From contig CM022667.1 in the NCBI GenBank assembly GCA_012295275.1, positions 9,610,001 to 9,674,000 of the forward strand: a DNA stretch of 64,000 bases. Direction: 5' to 3'. The position numbers and the translations under genes were made by a program. Positions within the stretch are counted from its first letter, which is position 1. Every line of letters begins with the position of its first letter. The DNA comes from Chrysomallon squamiferum (Eukaryota; Animalia; Mollusca). The notes beneath the pieces are model-generated. The model did no database searches. It was not told the DNA's origin and saw only the letters and a program-made list of their open reading frames with translations. Of the stretch, positions 39,401-51,503 are shown piece by piece.

Positions 39401-42400
39401 GAACTGTAATATGAACCTTAACAAGCAGGTTTATGTGTATGTTTAACTTTTATTTTATTTTTTTTATTAATATATGACTTCAGTAGATCATGGGTTTTCT
39501 GGTTCTAAATATATGAGCCAGGTGGCTATTGTCTATTTAGAATTTATTTCACATTTATATATAAAGTGCTTAAAATCTTAAATACACTTAAACTTTTATG
39601 GTGTAAACTATTCTGTCTGCTTCCACATTTTGTATAATTTTATTTCTTTCATAACAAGCAACTATTTCATTTTCATTTCAGTGCAGAATAAGACATGTCA
39701 TAATATTCACCTGTGCAAGGGACATAAATAATTCACTTGTAACTGCATTGTATATCTACATCCTGGTAGTTTTACAACTCAGGATGATCGTTAACAATGC
39801 TAGATTAAACAGTGATGCATCGTTGGGTAACTGTTGTCTTTAACTGTTTATCCTGGTCTAAACATCACAACATGTGACAATCATTTATTTAACAATATGT
39901 TTGACACTTAATAACCATTAATGATAAAAGATGTTGAAAGAACTGATAAATATTCTACTAAGGTCAACTTTTCATTTTTGTGTTACTCGTTCTATTATTT
40001 ATTCATTTATTTTTTCATTTTATTTTATTGTACTTTATTTTATTTTATTTTTATTATTAATATTTTTCTGTTTTTCCCATTTCATTTCTTCTTTTTTCTT
40101 CTTTTATTTCTTTTTTTTTCTTCTTTTTTTTTTTTCCAGTAATTAATCAGTATCAAGCATATATTTAATTTTAATATGCAAAATCTGTTACATTTTTCAG
40201 ACATGTGCTATGTGCCAATAAATATTAATTTACAATGATTATTAATCTTGTGTCGAATACAGTAAAAACACTGGTGACTGTGTTCTGTTGCTTGTCACAT
40301 TTCAGAAGATAGATTCTTTGGTTGGGGAGCAGCATATTTTATCATCTTTTTTCTCTTTTTCTCTTTATTATTATTTTTTTGATCTCATCATGATACAGGT
40401 TTGGCAAACTGATATGGAGACTAATAAAATATATACATATTTACATTCTCCTTAACACAATATATTTTATTTCCTTATATTTGTTAAGTATAATAAAGTA
40501 AAAAAATACAAGTTTATCCTGGTCTAAACAGTGTTAGCTGTGTTGCAGTGAAAAAAGAAAAATATGTAATTAATTAACAGCATTTAATCAACAGAAACAT
40601 TTTCTTATATAAAGTAATAAAAAGTATTTCATTTCTGCATTGTATATCTACATTCTGGTGGTTTTACAACTCAGGGTGATCGTTAACAATGCTAGATTAA
40701 ACATAGTGGTGCATCGTTGGGTAGCTGTTGTCTTTAACTGTTTATCCTGGTCTAAACATCACAACATTCGATGAACAAATGCTACGTTTTTTTCTCTTTT
40801 TTTAACCATTTTGTTTGTTTGTATTCAACCAATATTAGTAATCTTTTGAGGACATAAATATTTCTCATTTGATTGCAAGCTTAGCCATTAATTTCTGTTC
40901 TGGGTTTGGAAGGCTGTGAATAATAATTAATAAAACCCCCCAAAATCATAATAACATAATACCATTTTGGAGGAATTATTTCACTTTTAGCAGTTCTCGT
41001 ATTTATGTTATAACAGGTGGGATAGGTATTGTCCAAGAAAAAAGCCCATTTAAATTACCTTAGAGATTTGTTTTCGTTGTTTTGATTTTAGAAAGGTGCC
41101 ATTTTTTAAAATTATATTATTGTCACTATGACAGGCTTTCATCACATATTTGCTTCCTTCAGATTGTCACATTCTCATAAAAATAAAACCGATTCTTTAC
41201 CAGTATTATACATGTGTATGGCAAGTAACAGAAGAAAATAAACATTTTAATTCAATTTAAATTTTTTTTGATAAAAAGGAAATTCTGTTAGTTTGTACAT
41301 GGAGAAAGATACATTTTTCTGCATTGTATATCTGCATTCTGGTAGTTTTACAACTCAGGGTGATCGTTAACAATGCTAGATTAAACATAGTGGTGCATCG
41401 TTGGGTAGCTGTTGTCTTTAACTGTTTATCCTGGTCTAAACATCACAACAAAAATTGCACACCATTGATCATTTAGTTCTATTTAATAGACATATCACTA
41501 ATAGTAATAAATATTACATTAATTGTACACTTGAAACGGTGTGTTTTATTGACTGATTGATTGAATTTATATAAAGAATTAATAATAAAGTATTCTTAAG
41601 TTAACTTTATTTATAGGCAGAGGGGGGAACCAGAAAACCATTTGAAAAGAAATCCATTGATGTGAATGTATCTATAACAATACGAAAGTTGTTAATATTG
41701 ATGTGTGCATTTTTTACCATCAGCCTACATATCCATTGTTTGGCTGACCATTGTAAAATGCCATATTTACTGTGGTAATTGGCTTTATTAGGGAAACCAT
41801 TTCACGTAATGGTAATCCTAGCTGTCTGCCACAATATTGATGGATTGTATTTCATTTTAATTATTGGTGATAGGAATGTGGTGTTAAAGGCCTTGAAACT
41901 GATCTTCAAATAAACTTGGTCTCCTAATTTTTGAAGATACAAACATGGACATGAAAATGCACTGGTGCACACACACACATATATACACACAAAAAGGATA
42001 GGTATAAATAAGTACACATTATATCATTTTATTTTTTATTTTTGAAGAATACACAGTTACGTTCACTGTTTTAATTTGTTTAAATCTGTTTTCCAGGAGA
42101 TGATAGAGGCAGCTCAGCAGGAAGATGAACAGCAGTTGGCAGCAGAAATGGCTGCTGCTTTCTTGAATGAAGACAGGTCTGAAGTTGTGTTTGGTGCACC
42201 CAAAGCTGGCCCAGGAATGTGGGCCTCCATAATCCGAATTATTAATCCAATAACTGGGGAAACACTGGATAAGATCTCTCTTGAACAAAATGAGGCAGCT
42301 CACAGGTTAGGAATAAAATACAAAGATACTGATAATGTATGTGATTGTGGTTAGGTATAAGCTTTTAGTTTGATACAGATTTTTTATTTTATTTTTGGTC

Positions 42401-45400
42401 ATAATATAATTACATTTATTTATATATAATACTTATTCACTTTTTATTTCATTTTTTATTTGTTATTTTTGTTCATTATTATTATTTTTTATTTCAGTAT
42501 TGCTCTGGTGAAATTCTCCAGCAGACCAGAAGAAACATTTGTCATTGTTGGTGTTTCTCGAGACCTGGTTTTGAACCCACGATCTCTTACAGGAGGATTC
42601 CTCTATACATACCAGCTGATTAACCAAGGAACAAAACTGGAACTTCTCCACAAGACCACTGTGGACAATGTTCCTGGAGCTATATGTGCATTCCAAGGAA
42701 GGGCTTTGATTGGTGTTGGCCGATTTCTGCGAGTTTATGATCTTGGCAAAAAGAAACTGTTGAGGAAATGTGAAAATAAGGTATTGTTAATCATCCTAAT
42801 AGCTTTAGTTTTTAGAAAAGATGTGATAACAAAGTTATTGTTTTTGATCTTTGCAAGAAGAAATGTTTGATGTGTGAAGTAAGATATTGTTATTCATCCA
42901 AACAGTTTTTGTTTTTAGAAAAGCTTATATGTGAAAACTAGTTATTATTTTTAACTGCTGCTAGAATATTTAGGTATTTGATTAATCTTGTTGTTGTTTT
43001 TTTGAGGAGGGGAGACAATCAGGTTGGCATGTAATGTGGGCTGATTGTTAAAGATTATCAATAAAATTAAACCAGTTCAGCTAGTGATGGTGTAGTTATT
43101 ACTGCATAAACAGTGGTGGACATCATTATTTATGTAAAATGTATTGGTGTTTAATCAAATATTTAATTATTTTTATTTTCCTTTTTAATGGAAGTTAATG
43201 TTAGTTATTACAGGTCTTATTATTTGTCGATACTTTAAAATATTGTGACCTGTTACAATATTGGTTTTTCTTCATTTTTTTTAAAAATTTGTCTTGATAC
43301 ATATTTCTTATTTATTTGGCCTGGGTAAATGCACTTTTATTTATTCTTGAGAATATTTATAGATTTACTGTGTCTAATTTATATGTGTTCTGTTTTTGAT
43401 AAATAGCATGTACCAAACTGCATTGTGTCGATCCATGCATTGGGAAACAGGGTGATGGTTGCTGATGTTCAAGAAAGTTTTCACTTCATTCGCTACAAAC
43501 GTCAGGAAAACCAGCTCATTGTGTTTGCTGATGACACCAACCCTCGCTGGGTTACCTGCTCTTGTCTCCTTGACTACAACACTGTAGCTGGTGCTGACAA
43601 ATTTGGGAATATAGCCATAGTAAGTATTAAAATACAGTTAATACATTAGTTTACTCGACGTTTCACGACCTATATTTTCAATAAAGCATAGGCCATTATC
43701 TATGATCTCCTACTTTTGCATTATTGCCAGATGTTAAGAATTTGTCAGCAGTATTATTTGATTTATAAAACTGGTCTGCCACACAGTTCTGCTTTATAAC
43801 TTTCATCATGATCGATATTAATGCATCAGTTGTGTAAAACAATTATCTTCATCCTGATTTCACTTAAAAGAATTTAATTTCGTTTTGTTTTAGATTCGAT
43901 TACCTGGTGACGTCTCAGATGATGTGGACGAAGACCCTACTGGCAACAAAGCATTGTGGGATAGAGGTCTGCTTAGTGGAGCTTCTCAAAAAGTAAGCAT
44001 ATTTACTGATTTTCCAGTCTAATCAGTTATTACTAACTTACCTGAGTTTTTATTTTAAAGTTTTAAAGTTTAAGAAGTAAGGCTTCTAAATGTTTCTTTA
44101 TTTTATATTAGAAGAGTGATGTGCATTATAATTGTTTTTGTTCCTGTAGGTAAATATAACAAGCTCCAATACACTAAATTATTTCTGAATTGTTTCATGG
44201 GTTAAAGCCCATTTAAATTTCAAGCTTAATTTTTTAATACCAATAACTTTAAAAACACTCCCAATTTGCTCAGTAAATGAAAAGGTAAACAAACAATATC
44301 AGCAAATGTTTGTTAGTTAAATTGGTTTTATATTCTTCTCCACGAACAGAGGTAATGAAAAAAAAAAAAAATTATCTTACTGTTTTCAAATCTGTGTTTT
44401 ATGAAATCATGATAATGATTATCTTATTGTTAAAATCAGTGTTTTAAATGTCACTAATTAGAAAATGAATGTTATCTACAGGCTGACATTGTGGCAAGTT
44501 TTCATGTTGGAGAAGTTATTACCTCACTACAGAAAGCGACGCTGATACCAGGAGGTTCTGAGTCACTTGTCTACACAACTCTTTCTGGTGCCATTGGAAT
44601 GCTTGTACCTTTCACTTCACATGAGGTAGGGGAAATAATTTTATAAAGTTTTTAATTATTAATACATTTTGATGTGCTTTTATTATTATTATTATTACTT
44701 ATTTTTATCTTTATCTTTTAAAATTTAAGTTGCTGCTATATCAGTTTATTTGTTTCCATATTTTATTTGTTTTCTTTTTATACTTTCTTTCTACAGGATC
44801 ACGACTTTTTCCAGCATTTGGAAATGTACATGCGATCAGAATATCCTCCCTTGTGTGGCCGTGATCATCTTGGTTTCCGTTCTTACTATTACCCAATCAA
44901 GGTAGTTACATAATTGTTAATCCACTACAAATACATCCCTCAAATTTATATTTTGGCAAACAGATATTACACAATAGTTTTCACAGTAAACAAATTTTAT
45001 ACACTTTTTTTTGGGTGCATGTGTATAAACCTAAAAATATTTATAGAATAATTTAGATATTTATATTTATTAGTGTATTCTTTCATTTTACTCAAATTTT
45101 ACTTAAATCTGTATGTAATGTATTATGTATATAGACAGGAGTGCCCTAGTATTGCATACCTAACTGAATGAATTTTTAAGTTTTCTTGTATGTACATATG
45201 TATGTGTTTGTGTGGGTGGGTGTACAAACACACAGTTACTTACTGATGTTTTGTTCTTTGCTATCATCAGATAGTTCTGTTGATTTGGACATTATTTATT
45301 TAGTCAAGAAAAACATTGACCTATTAACTCACTGTTTTCAGAACGTTCTTGATGGAGACTTGTGTGAGATGTTCAACTCACTAGACATCAGTAAACAAAA

Positions 45401-45782
45401 GAGTGTGGCTGAGGAGCTGGAAAGAACTCCCAGTGAGGTACGTAAACGTTTGTTACCAATACATTTTACTTTCCTTTTTTTTCTAAATGTACTGGCATGT
45501 GGGCATTTCTGGGCTTGAGTGTGTTACATTTTAACAAATCTGTTTCTGAAAATATTTATGATTATTCATTGATCCATTTTAATTTTTGATGATTTGTCCA
45601 GAAACCAAATTCTGAATACTTTTAATTTTATAATACGACTCTTTTACTGCCAATCCTAACGAAAATTATTTTTTAATTGCATCATTATTATTACGTAATG
45701 TTTTATTTATTTTCTTATTTTTATTTTTTTATTTCAGGTGTCAAAGAAACTTGAAGACATAAGAACAAGATATGCTTTCTAG
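26984..45782 (+). CDS. SF3B3: Splicing factor 3B subunit 3 (SAP130/Rse1), complete spliced CDS (27 coding exons, 3657 nt, 1218 aa)
   Basis: Exons, all GT-AG and in frame: 26984-27209, 27521-27597, 27729-27822, 28138-28310, 28686-28827, 29048-29160, 29492-29554, 29807-29881, 30201-30304, 30557-30722, 31132-31227, 31593-31665, 33356-33507, 34269-34424, 34896-35051, 35577-35720, 36240-36362, 36643-36797, 37073-37247, 42097-42305, 42498-42780, 43407-43619, 43894-43992, 44482-44625, 44797-44901, 45342-45437, 45738-45782 (TAG). Peptides: [73 protein letters not shown]. Confidence 0.98.
32565..32837 (+). other. Candidate poison (PTC-containing) cassette exon in SF3B3 intron 31666-33355
   Basis: Branch-point-like TACTAAT 32502-08, acceptor GTTCTTATTTTCAG ending 32564, in-frame TGA 32573-75 after the phase-1 upstream exon. 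Candidate donors: GAG|GTTGGT (32597) or TTG|GTGAGA (32838). Confidence 0.45.
34049..34122 (+). ncRNA. Intronic box C/D snoRNA, SNORD126-like, copy 1
   Basis: Terminal stem TTGCAGA/TCTGCAA. Box C ATGATG 34057-62, guide TCCGTGTTTCA 34070-80 (complement of conserved 28S TGAAACACGGA), D' CTGA 34082-85, C'-like TGATTA, D CTGA 34112-15. Sense to SF3B3. Confidence 0.85.
34653..34726 (+). ncRNA. Intronic box C/D snoRNA, SNORD126-like, copy 2
   Basis: Stem ATGCAGA/TCTGCAT. Box C ATGATG 34661-66, same guide TCCGTGTTTCAC, D' CTGA 34687-90, CTGATTA, D CTGA 34716-19. In the next SF3B3 intron. Confidence 0.85.
35486..35528 (+). mobile_element. Truncated tRNA-derived SINE head remnant
   Basis: GGGCATTTAGCTCAATGGTTGAGAACTTACCTGAGG contains a Pol III A-box-like TAGCTCAATGG (35500-10). 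No B box or cloverleaf downstream. Confidence 0.35.
35967..36041 (+). ncRNA. Intronic box C/D snoRNA, SNORD126-like, copy 3
   Basis: Stem GTGCAGA/TCTGCAC. Box C ATGATG 35975-80, guide TCCGTGTTTCAC, D' CTGA, TTGATTA, D CTGA 36031-34. In SF3B3 intron 35721-36239. Confidence 0.85.
37646..37787 (+). ncRNA. Candidate H/ACA snoRNA, diverged paralogue of the SNORA8-like copies (target unknown)
   Basis: Same scaffold (TGCATT..CATCCTG..TCAGGGTGA..AACAATGCTA; GGGTAATTGTT..AACAGATTGCCCTGG). H box ATACAA 37710-15, 3' basal stem ATGGTTAT/GTAACCAT, ATA box 37782-84. Pocket sequences differ from copies A-E. Confidence 0.6.
38349..38482 (+). ncRNA. Box H/ACA snoRNA, SNORA8(ACA8)-like, copy A
   Basis: Hairpin GCATTGT..CATCCTG..CAGGGTG..ACAATGC, H box AGATTA 38407-12, hairpin GTGGTG..GGGTAAC..TTATCC..CATCAC, ACA 38477-79. 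Pockets pair with conserved 18S ACGA-U-C-AGAUA and GACCA-U-A-AACGAUGC. Confidence 0.85.
39052..39185 (+). ncRNA. Box H/ACA snoRNA, SNORA8-like, copy B
   Basis: Near-identical 134-nt copy; AGATTA H box, ACA 39180-82. Confidence 0.85.
39744..39875 (+). ncRNA. Box H/ACA snoRNA, SNORA8-like, copy C
   Basis: 132-nt copy with a 2-nt hinge deletion. CAGGATG and GTGATG variants turn G-U pairs into Watson-Crick pairs. ACA 39870-72. Confidence 0.85.
40636..40769 (+). ncRNA. Box H/ACA snoRNA, SNORA8-like, copy D
   Basis: Near-identical 134-nt copy; ACA 40764-66. Confidence 0.85.
41320..41453 (+). ncRNA. Box H/ACA snoRNA, SNORA8-like, copy E
   Basis: Near-identical 134-nt copy; ACA 41448-50. Confidence 0.85.
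41706..41839 (+). ncRNA. Candidate H/ACA snoRNA, second diverged paralogue (target unknown)
   Basis: Hairpin 1 GCATTTT..TCAGCC..GGCTGA..AAAATGC, imperfect H box (ATATTTA), hairpin 2 TGTGGTA..TAGGGAAACCATT..AATGGTAATCCTA..TGCCACA, then ATA (or ACA if the basal stem is shorter). About 134 nt. Confidence 0.45.
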
Positions 45783-46482
45783 AAGTTGCATCTACCAGAC
45801 TCTCCTTACAAAGACAATCTACACAACAAGAGAAGGTTAAGCCCTTGTCCTTCATACAACAGTCATAAAAAGACAACAAGGAATTCAGATATAAGAAATA
45901 CGATTATGTAAATCATAACCTTTCAGATAATGTTCAACGTAAAATTGTGAAACAAAATTTGATTTAATGGAGTAATCCATTTCCAGAGATAAAACAATGG
46001 CTGATTCTAATTTCTGTGCTGGATGTATCATGAATGGTTTCCATAAAAGTGTGGATGTGTTCTACAAATTGGAGGTTAAAACAGTTCCAGTTTTTTGTTG
46101 TTTTTTTTAATGGCATTTTCTATTTTCATCATGACATTTTTAAAAAATCATTTGTATTAACTCACAAATCTGATAAGAAGTATTCATTAATTTAAAAACA
46201 AATAGTAAAGAAGTTAATATGTCAGAAATCAAAACATGATGTAATGATGGGAAATTAATGAAATTACAGAGTTTTTATCCTTGCCACTAGCTGATAATTC
46301 ACTGAAAAGTTTTGTTATTCACAGATGTTCCATTACTGTGAATAATGCTGAAATATCAACAGGTAAAGATTAAATATTGGTGAATATTAGAAGCATATTT
46401 TGTAATATAACCATTCACTGTATTTACCATAGTTTATTATAAATACCTTTTCATCCATGTTTCATTTTTATGTTTTTTTTGT

Positions 46483-46488
46483 AATAAA
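46483..46488 (+). terminator. Probable SF3B3 polyadenylation signal (AATAAA)
   Basis: AATAAA about 700 nt after the stop codon, with a U-rich stretch upstream and GU/U-rich sequence downstream. Confidence 0.45.
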
Positions 46489-49007
46489 AAATCTTCCATG
46501 TCATAAACTGTTACAGCATCTGTTTTTGCTTCTTACATTTAGTTGAAAGAAATGATTGTGAAAGAGAGGTCAGAGTAAGAAATCAAATAAACAACTTTTG
46601 AATATCTTTGAGAAGTGGTGGCATTACTTCAATATAATGTTTAGTTTAACAACTGAATGACATTTATGTATTTAGTAGAAATGGACATGGTTGCTTGAAT
46701 ACAAAATACTTACCTTGTAATATTAACCTGTATTGTAACATTTTATGAGCAAAAATTCAGTTTCATGTGGAATTGTCCAAATATATTTAGTCCTTTTGTC
46801 CATAGCACCAAGTTTTATTGTTATTGAAAAAAGATACTATATATATATATTTTTTTTTTTTATTATTATTATTTTTAATTACTTATATTTTTAAATTTTT
46901 TCTTTTTCTTTTTTTTTTAATCTATAATTTAATATTTTAATTTTTATTAATTTATTTACTGTGAAGTAATTTTATGATGACTGCTTCCTTTATTTGTGCA
47001 GCATATCAGTGAAGTAAATCAGGAAAATTTAATGTGTCCCTTACTCGTTTTATTATATTTTATTCTTAATATTTTTTTTTTTTTCTTCAGATTTAAAATC
47101 AAATAGAGAAAAGTAGGCAACTATATGGACAAACATTTCCATATAGCTTAAGGTTATTGTAAAATGGCAAACGATAGATAAAAATCTGATGAATGCAAAT
47201 GACTAGACATTAATGGCCTGTAGTTAGTGTATTGTAATCAGTCTTGTCTCAGGGAAGGATCATCCTAATGGCAGTTTATAATAACGAATTGTTACAAAGA
47301 CCAGTAATAAAATTATTAAATACTGTGTTCGTGGGTGGATGCTGTAAAATGACGGCTAAATATTTATTAGAAGTGAAAGTGACTGGTCTTGATAAAAGGG
47401 AGGCAGACACAAATAAAAGTAGGTTATGCACTGCCATGCATATAACAATTTTTCATGATGCATTTTATTGCAGTGTTTATTTTTTGATAGACATACAACT
47501 TGCATTTACATCAACTATTAATATTACATAAATATATTAATTACAGGGATATTTTTGTAGTATTTTAATTATTTTTTAGTTTATTGCATTATTATTATCA
47601 TCATCATCATCATCATTATATTTATTTATTATATTATTTTTATTTAGCAGTTTTAGGAGTTAAAAAATAAAATAAATACATGAAACAGTTTATAACTGAC
47701 CTTATCTATAATATTAAATGCATAACAATATTTGATTGATGTCAGCTGTAATGGAAGTGTATACACAAACTTTTATCAGTAGATCATAGACATAAAATGT
47801 TTTAAGTATGTTAAAACATTGTCTACACTTAGAGTATTTATATTGATCTCGACTACAGTGTTACATATATAATCATTATTTATAGCGATTGCATGATATA
47901 TTAAAGATAGGCTGAAGTCACCATAGAAACAAAAATATCCATAATATTAACAATAAAAAAAAAAAAAAAAAAAATTGAATAGTAAAACAAACAAACGCCA
48001 ATGAAATGTGTTTATATAACAGATACGTTATCTTTCTAACACATAGTAGCATGTGGCCCATTGCAAAATAAGTGCTCAAATGCTTAGGTTAACACTGTTA
48101 TGAATTTTTAGAAAATCGATCAGTACCTACATAATTATGTCCTACAGAATTTCGACATTTCACATGAAATGTTATCAAAAATTAACTTTGTGCAACCAGG
48201 GCAAGGAATTATAATGAAAAATAAAATGCGAATCAAGTCTTGAGCAAATTGCATCTTGGCAAAATCATTTCATAAGATAGGTACATATACACGAATACAA
48301 GTTTTATATAACTGTTATTTTGCGAAATATAACCATACTTAGTACAATAGTATGACATCATACAATGATGTAAATAAATTCAACGTAGTTTTAGAATCTT
48401 TTTAATTGATGTACATACTATTTTCTTTTGATTATACTTAGCGATGTTGGTCTTGAAACAAAAAAACAAAAAATTAAAATAAACTCAAAACTATTACTAA
48501 ATAAAGAAATATTAAACAATAAACTAAACAATCAACAAAGATTACCAGGTAACGTCCATGCAGTCATTAACATTCGTCAAAGGCCACCATTATGACGTCA
48601 CTTAGTGACGGTTTTGTAACTAATACGGACGGAAATCATAATCGGGAGATGAAGTTCGACCCTGATTGATTGATTATATTGATCCCTGTATTTGCTTATA
48701 ACAACAGTCAGCCTCACAGTTTAGTAACGATATTATGTTTCACGAAGGATAGATTTTATTTATGTATTTATATTTGTTTTTGTTGTTGGTGGTGGTATTA
48801 TTATTGTTATTATTATTATTATTATTTTATTATTATTATTATTAATGAGTAGATATATTTATTTATTTAAATCTACGTGTCTTTCCTACCATAATATTTT
48901 CAAGAATTATATTTTAGGAGTGCACGTGTACTTTGTTAGAAAAAGCGGTCTATGGGTGCGTTTGCGTATGTCTGTGTGTGAAGGAGAGGGAGGTGTGTGT
49001 GTGACAC

Positions 49008-49010
<3 letters not shown>

Positions 49011-49081
<71 letters not shown>

Positions 49082-49100
49082 AGACACACACACACACACA
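49011..49100. repeat. (GA)n(CA)n microsatellite
   Basis: Direct inspection. Confidence 0.95.
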
Positions 49101-50313
49101 TATACACACAGACCCCACAGGCATTACAGACACAGATTTATCACATAGCATCACATTCCTATTTTCTTCCTTTACCATCCTTACCCTAGACCTCCTCCGG
49201 TTCTATCTCTACGTGACTAGCACTGCCCGTGTCTGCAGGGTTTGACGACACTAATCAACCGTCCACATGGTAACCGACTAGCGGTATGAAAAATACTTAG
49301 TAAAAGTGTCAGAAATCGATGAATGTATGTCGAATCGCTGTCTTTCGTGTCCAGAGACATGACAGATTTCCTGGGGCGAGTTACGGTTTTCCGGAGAGTC
49401 ACCAAAAAAATTTGCTTCAGACTGTTTTATGGTTTGGTTGTTGCTGTTTTGGGCGTGGCGAATTTCCTACTGTAATATGTAGGATCAATAAGTTAATTAT
49501 TCAAAGAATATATAGTATTTGAATCAGCTACCAGTTTATAATTGAATACAAATTATTTATTTATTATTTAATTTAATCTCAGTTAATATTGTATTGTATT
49601 GTATTATATTACATAATTAATTTCAATTCTCTTTATTATATATTATGTTATATATTATGATACTATGTTACGTTACGTTACGTTACTTTTATTTCATTCA
49701 GTTAAATTATGTACCAACCAGAGAATAAAGTCATAATTAACTATAATAACGAACGGGTAAAATTATATAGTCTTCACTTGATGAAACGTTTCATTTCGTG
49801 TAAGCGTATACGTCTGCTGGACTTGGCGCCAAAATTACTGACCGTTTGTCATAAAAATAAGCACAGTCGTAAGCAGACGTCAACCTACATTCAACTTTTA
49901 TTAAATATTTTCTCATTAACCTACAAACAAGATATATAGATCAAATAAGTTTAATACAGTTCCTTCCAGCAAATGTGGAGAATACATTGGACTTTATTAC
50001 AAATAATTTACAACAGTAGCACTAGCAGCAACATGAACAATATAGTAGTAATAATAATTACAAATATAATGATGATAATGATACTACTACTACTGCTGCT
50101 GCTGCTACTACTACTACTACTACTACTAATAATAATAATAATAATGAGAATTAGAAGAAGAAGAAAAGAATAAATGAAGAAGAATGACAAAAATAGCATT
50201 AGGCCCTATAGTCACTCACTAAACCATATTAAGTTGTTAGAAATACATTGTCGTTGTACGTTAAATATACAGCTAGTACAGAGAAATAAAAATGTTTAGT
50301 TTATTTAGATATT

Positions 50314-50365
<52 letters not shown>

Positions 50366-51085
50366 TAAGGATATACGGACAATTATATTTTTAATGATTC
50401 TTTTTTTTTTCTTTTTTTTTCCGTGACGTCTTTTCGTATGAAGCAATGCCATAGCAACAGTGAAAAGAACGACACTATTACAAAATAAAATACTGTTTCT
50501 TAGGAGATTTTCATTATGAAAAGTCTGTTATTTATCTTTATCACACATAAAATTTCTGCTAATTATGTTGGTGTTTTTGTGTTTTTTTTTTTTTTTTTTT
50601 TGGGGGGTTCATTCAAATATAAAAGAAAGAAAAAGTAAAGATAATAATAAATAATAATAAAATAATAAAAAAAGCAAACAAACAAACAAATCAAGAAGTA
50701 AATAAATAAAATGTTTCCATTTCATAAAATTAAAAACATTTATTTTATTTAATATTTGTGAATTAATAGAATTCAGACAAATTAACGATCCTGATCTATG
50801 TTATTGCGTTCGGGCGTTTCCCCAGTGTTTTGCAAGGAATATTCTGTCTGGTCATTGAACCCAGATCATTTGATATCGGTGATGAAAATGGATTTGTGAA
50901 ACTAATACAGATTTATGTTAAAACCATGTGACAAATATCGTGAAAATTAACTGAAAACACGGGGATAATTGTAAAGACACAACTGCTAGAAATTTTGCAA
51001 AAATACAACAAAACAACAACAACAACAACAACGAAAACAGAAACCCAACAACAAATAAAACGAAACAAAAATAAAAAAAATTAAA

Positions 51086-51139
<54 letters not shown>

Positions 51140-51429
51140 ATAAATAAAAAAATAATAATATAAAAAAATGAAAATGCTATATCTGGAAATTGAGCAGCAG
51201 GTAGCAAACGAAAAAACTATTTCCAGGTGTTTTTTTTTTTTTTTTTTTTTTGTTTCCTGCCATGACGTAAGAACAGGTAAAATAATTGCTATTTGATTTT
51301 GTATTGTTATCGATATTTTAATCCTAATCCATTAATTAATCAGTGTTTATCGATACTATAAGCTTAATCCACTAATTAATATGATTTAAAAAAACCCAGA
51401 AAACAAACACCTGTTAATCACTGGAAGAC

Positions 51430-51431
<2 letters not shown>

Positions 51432-51498
<67 letters not shown>
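51432..51498. repeat. (CT)n microsatellite
   Basis: Direct inspection. Confidence 0.95.

Positions 51499-51503
<5 letters not shown>

Noticed and set aside
38349-41453. Five identical units with unique spacers read as a CRISPR-like array or MITE family
   Set aside because: Eukaryotic intron, 134-nt units, ~560-760-bp spacers, no cas genes and no TIR or TSD. The H/ACA fold and 18S complementarity explain them.
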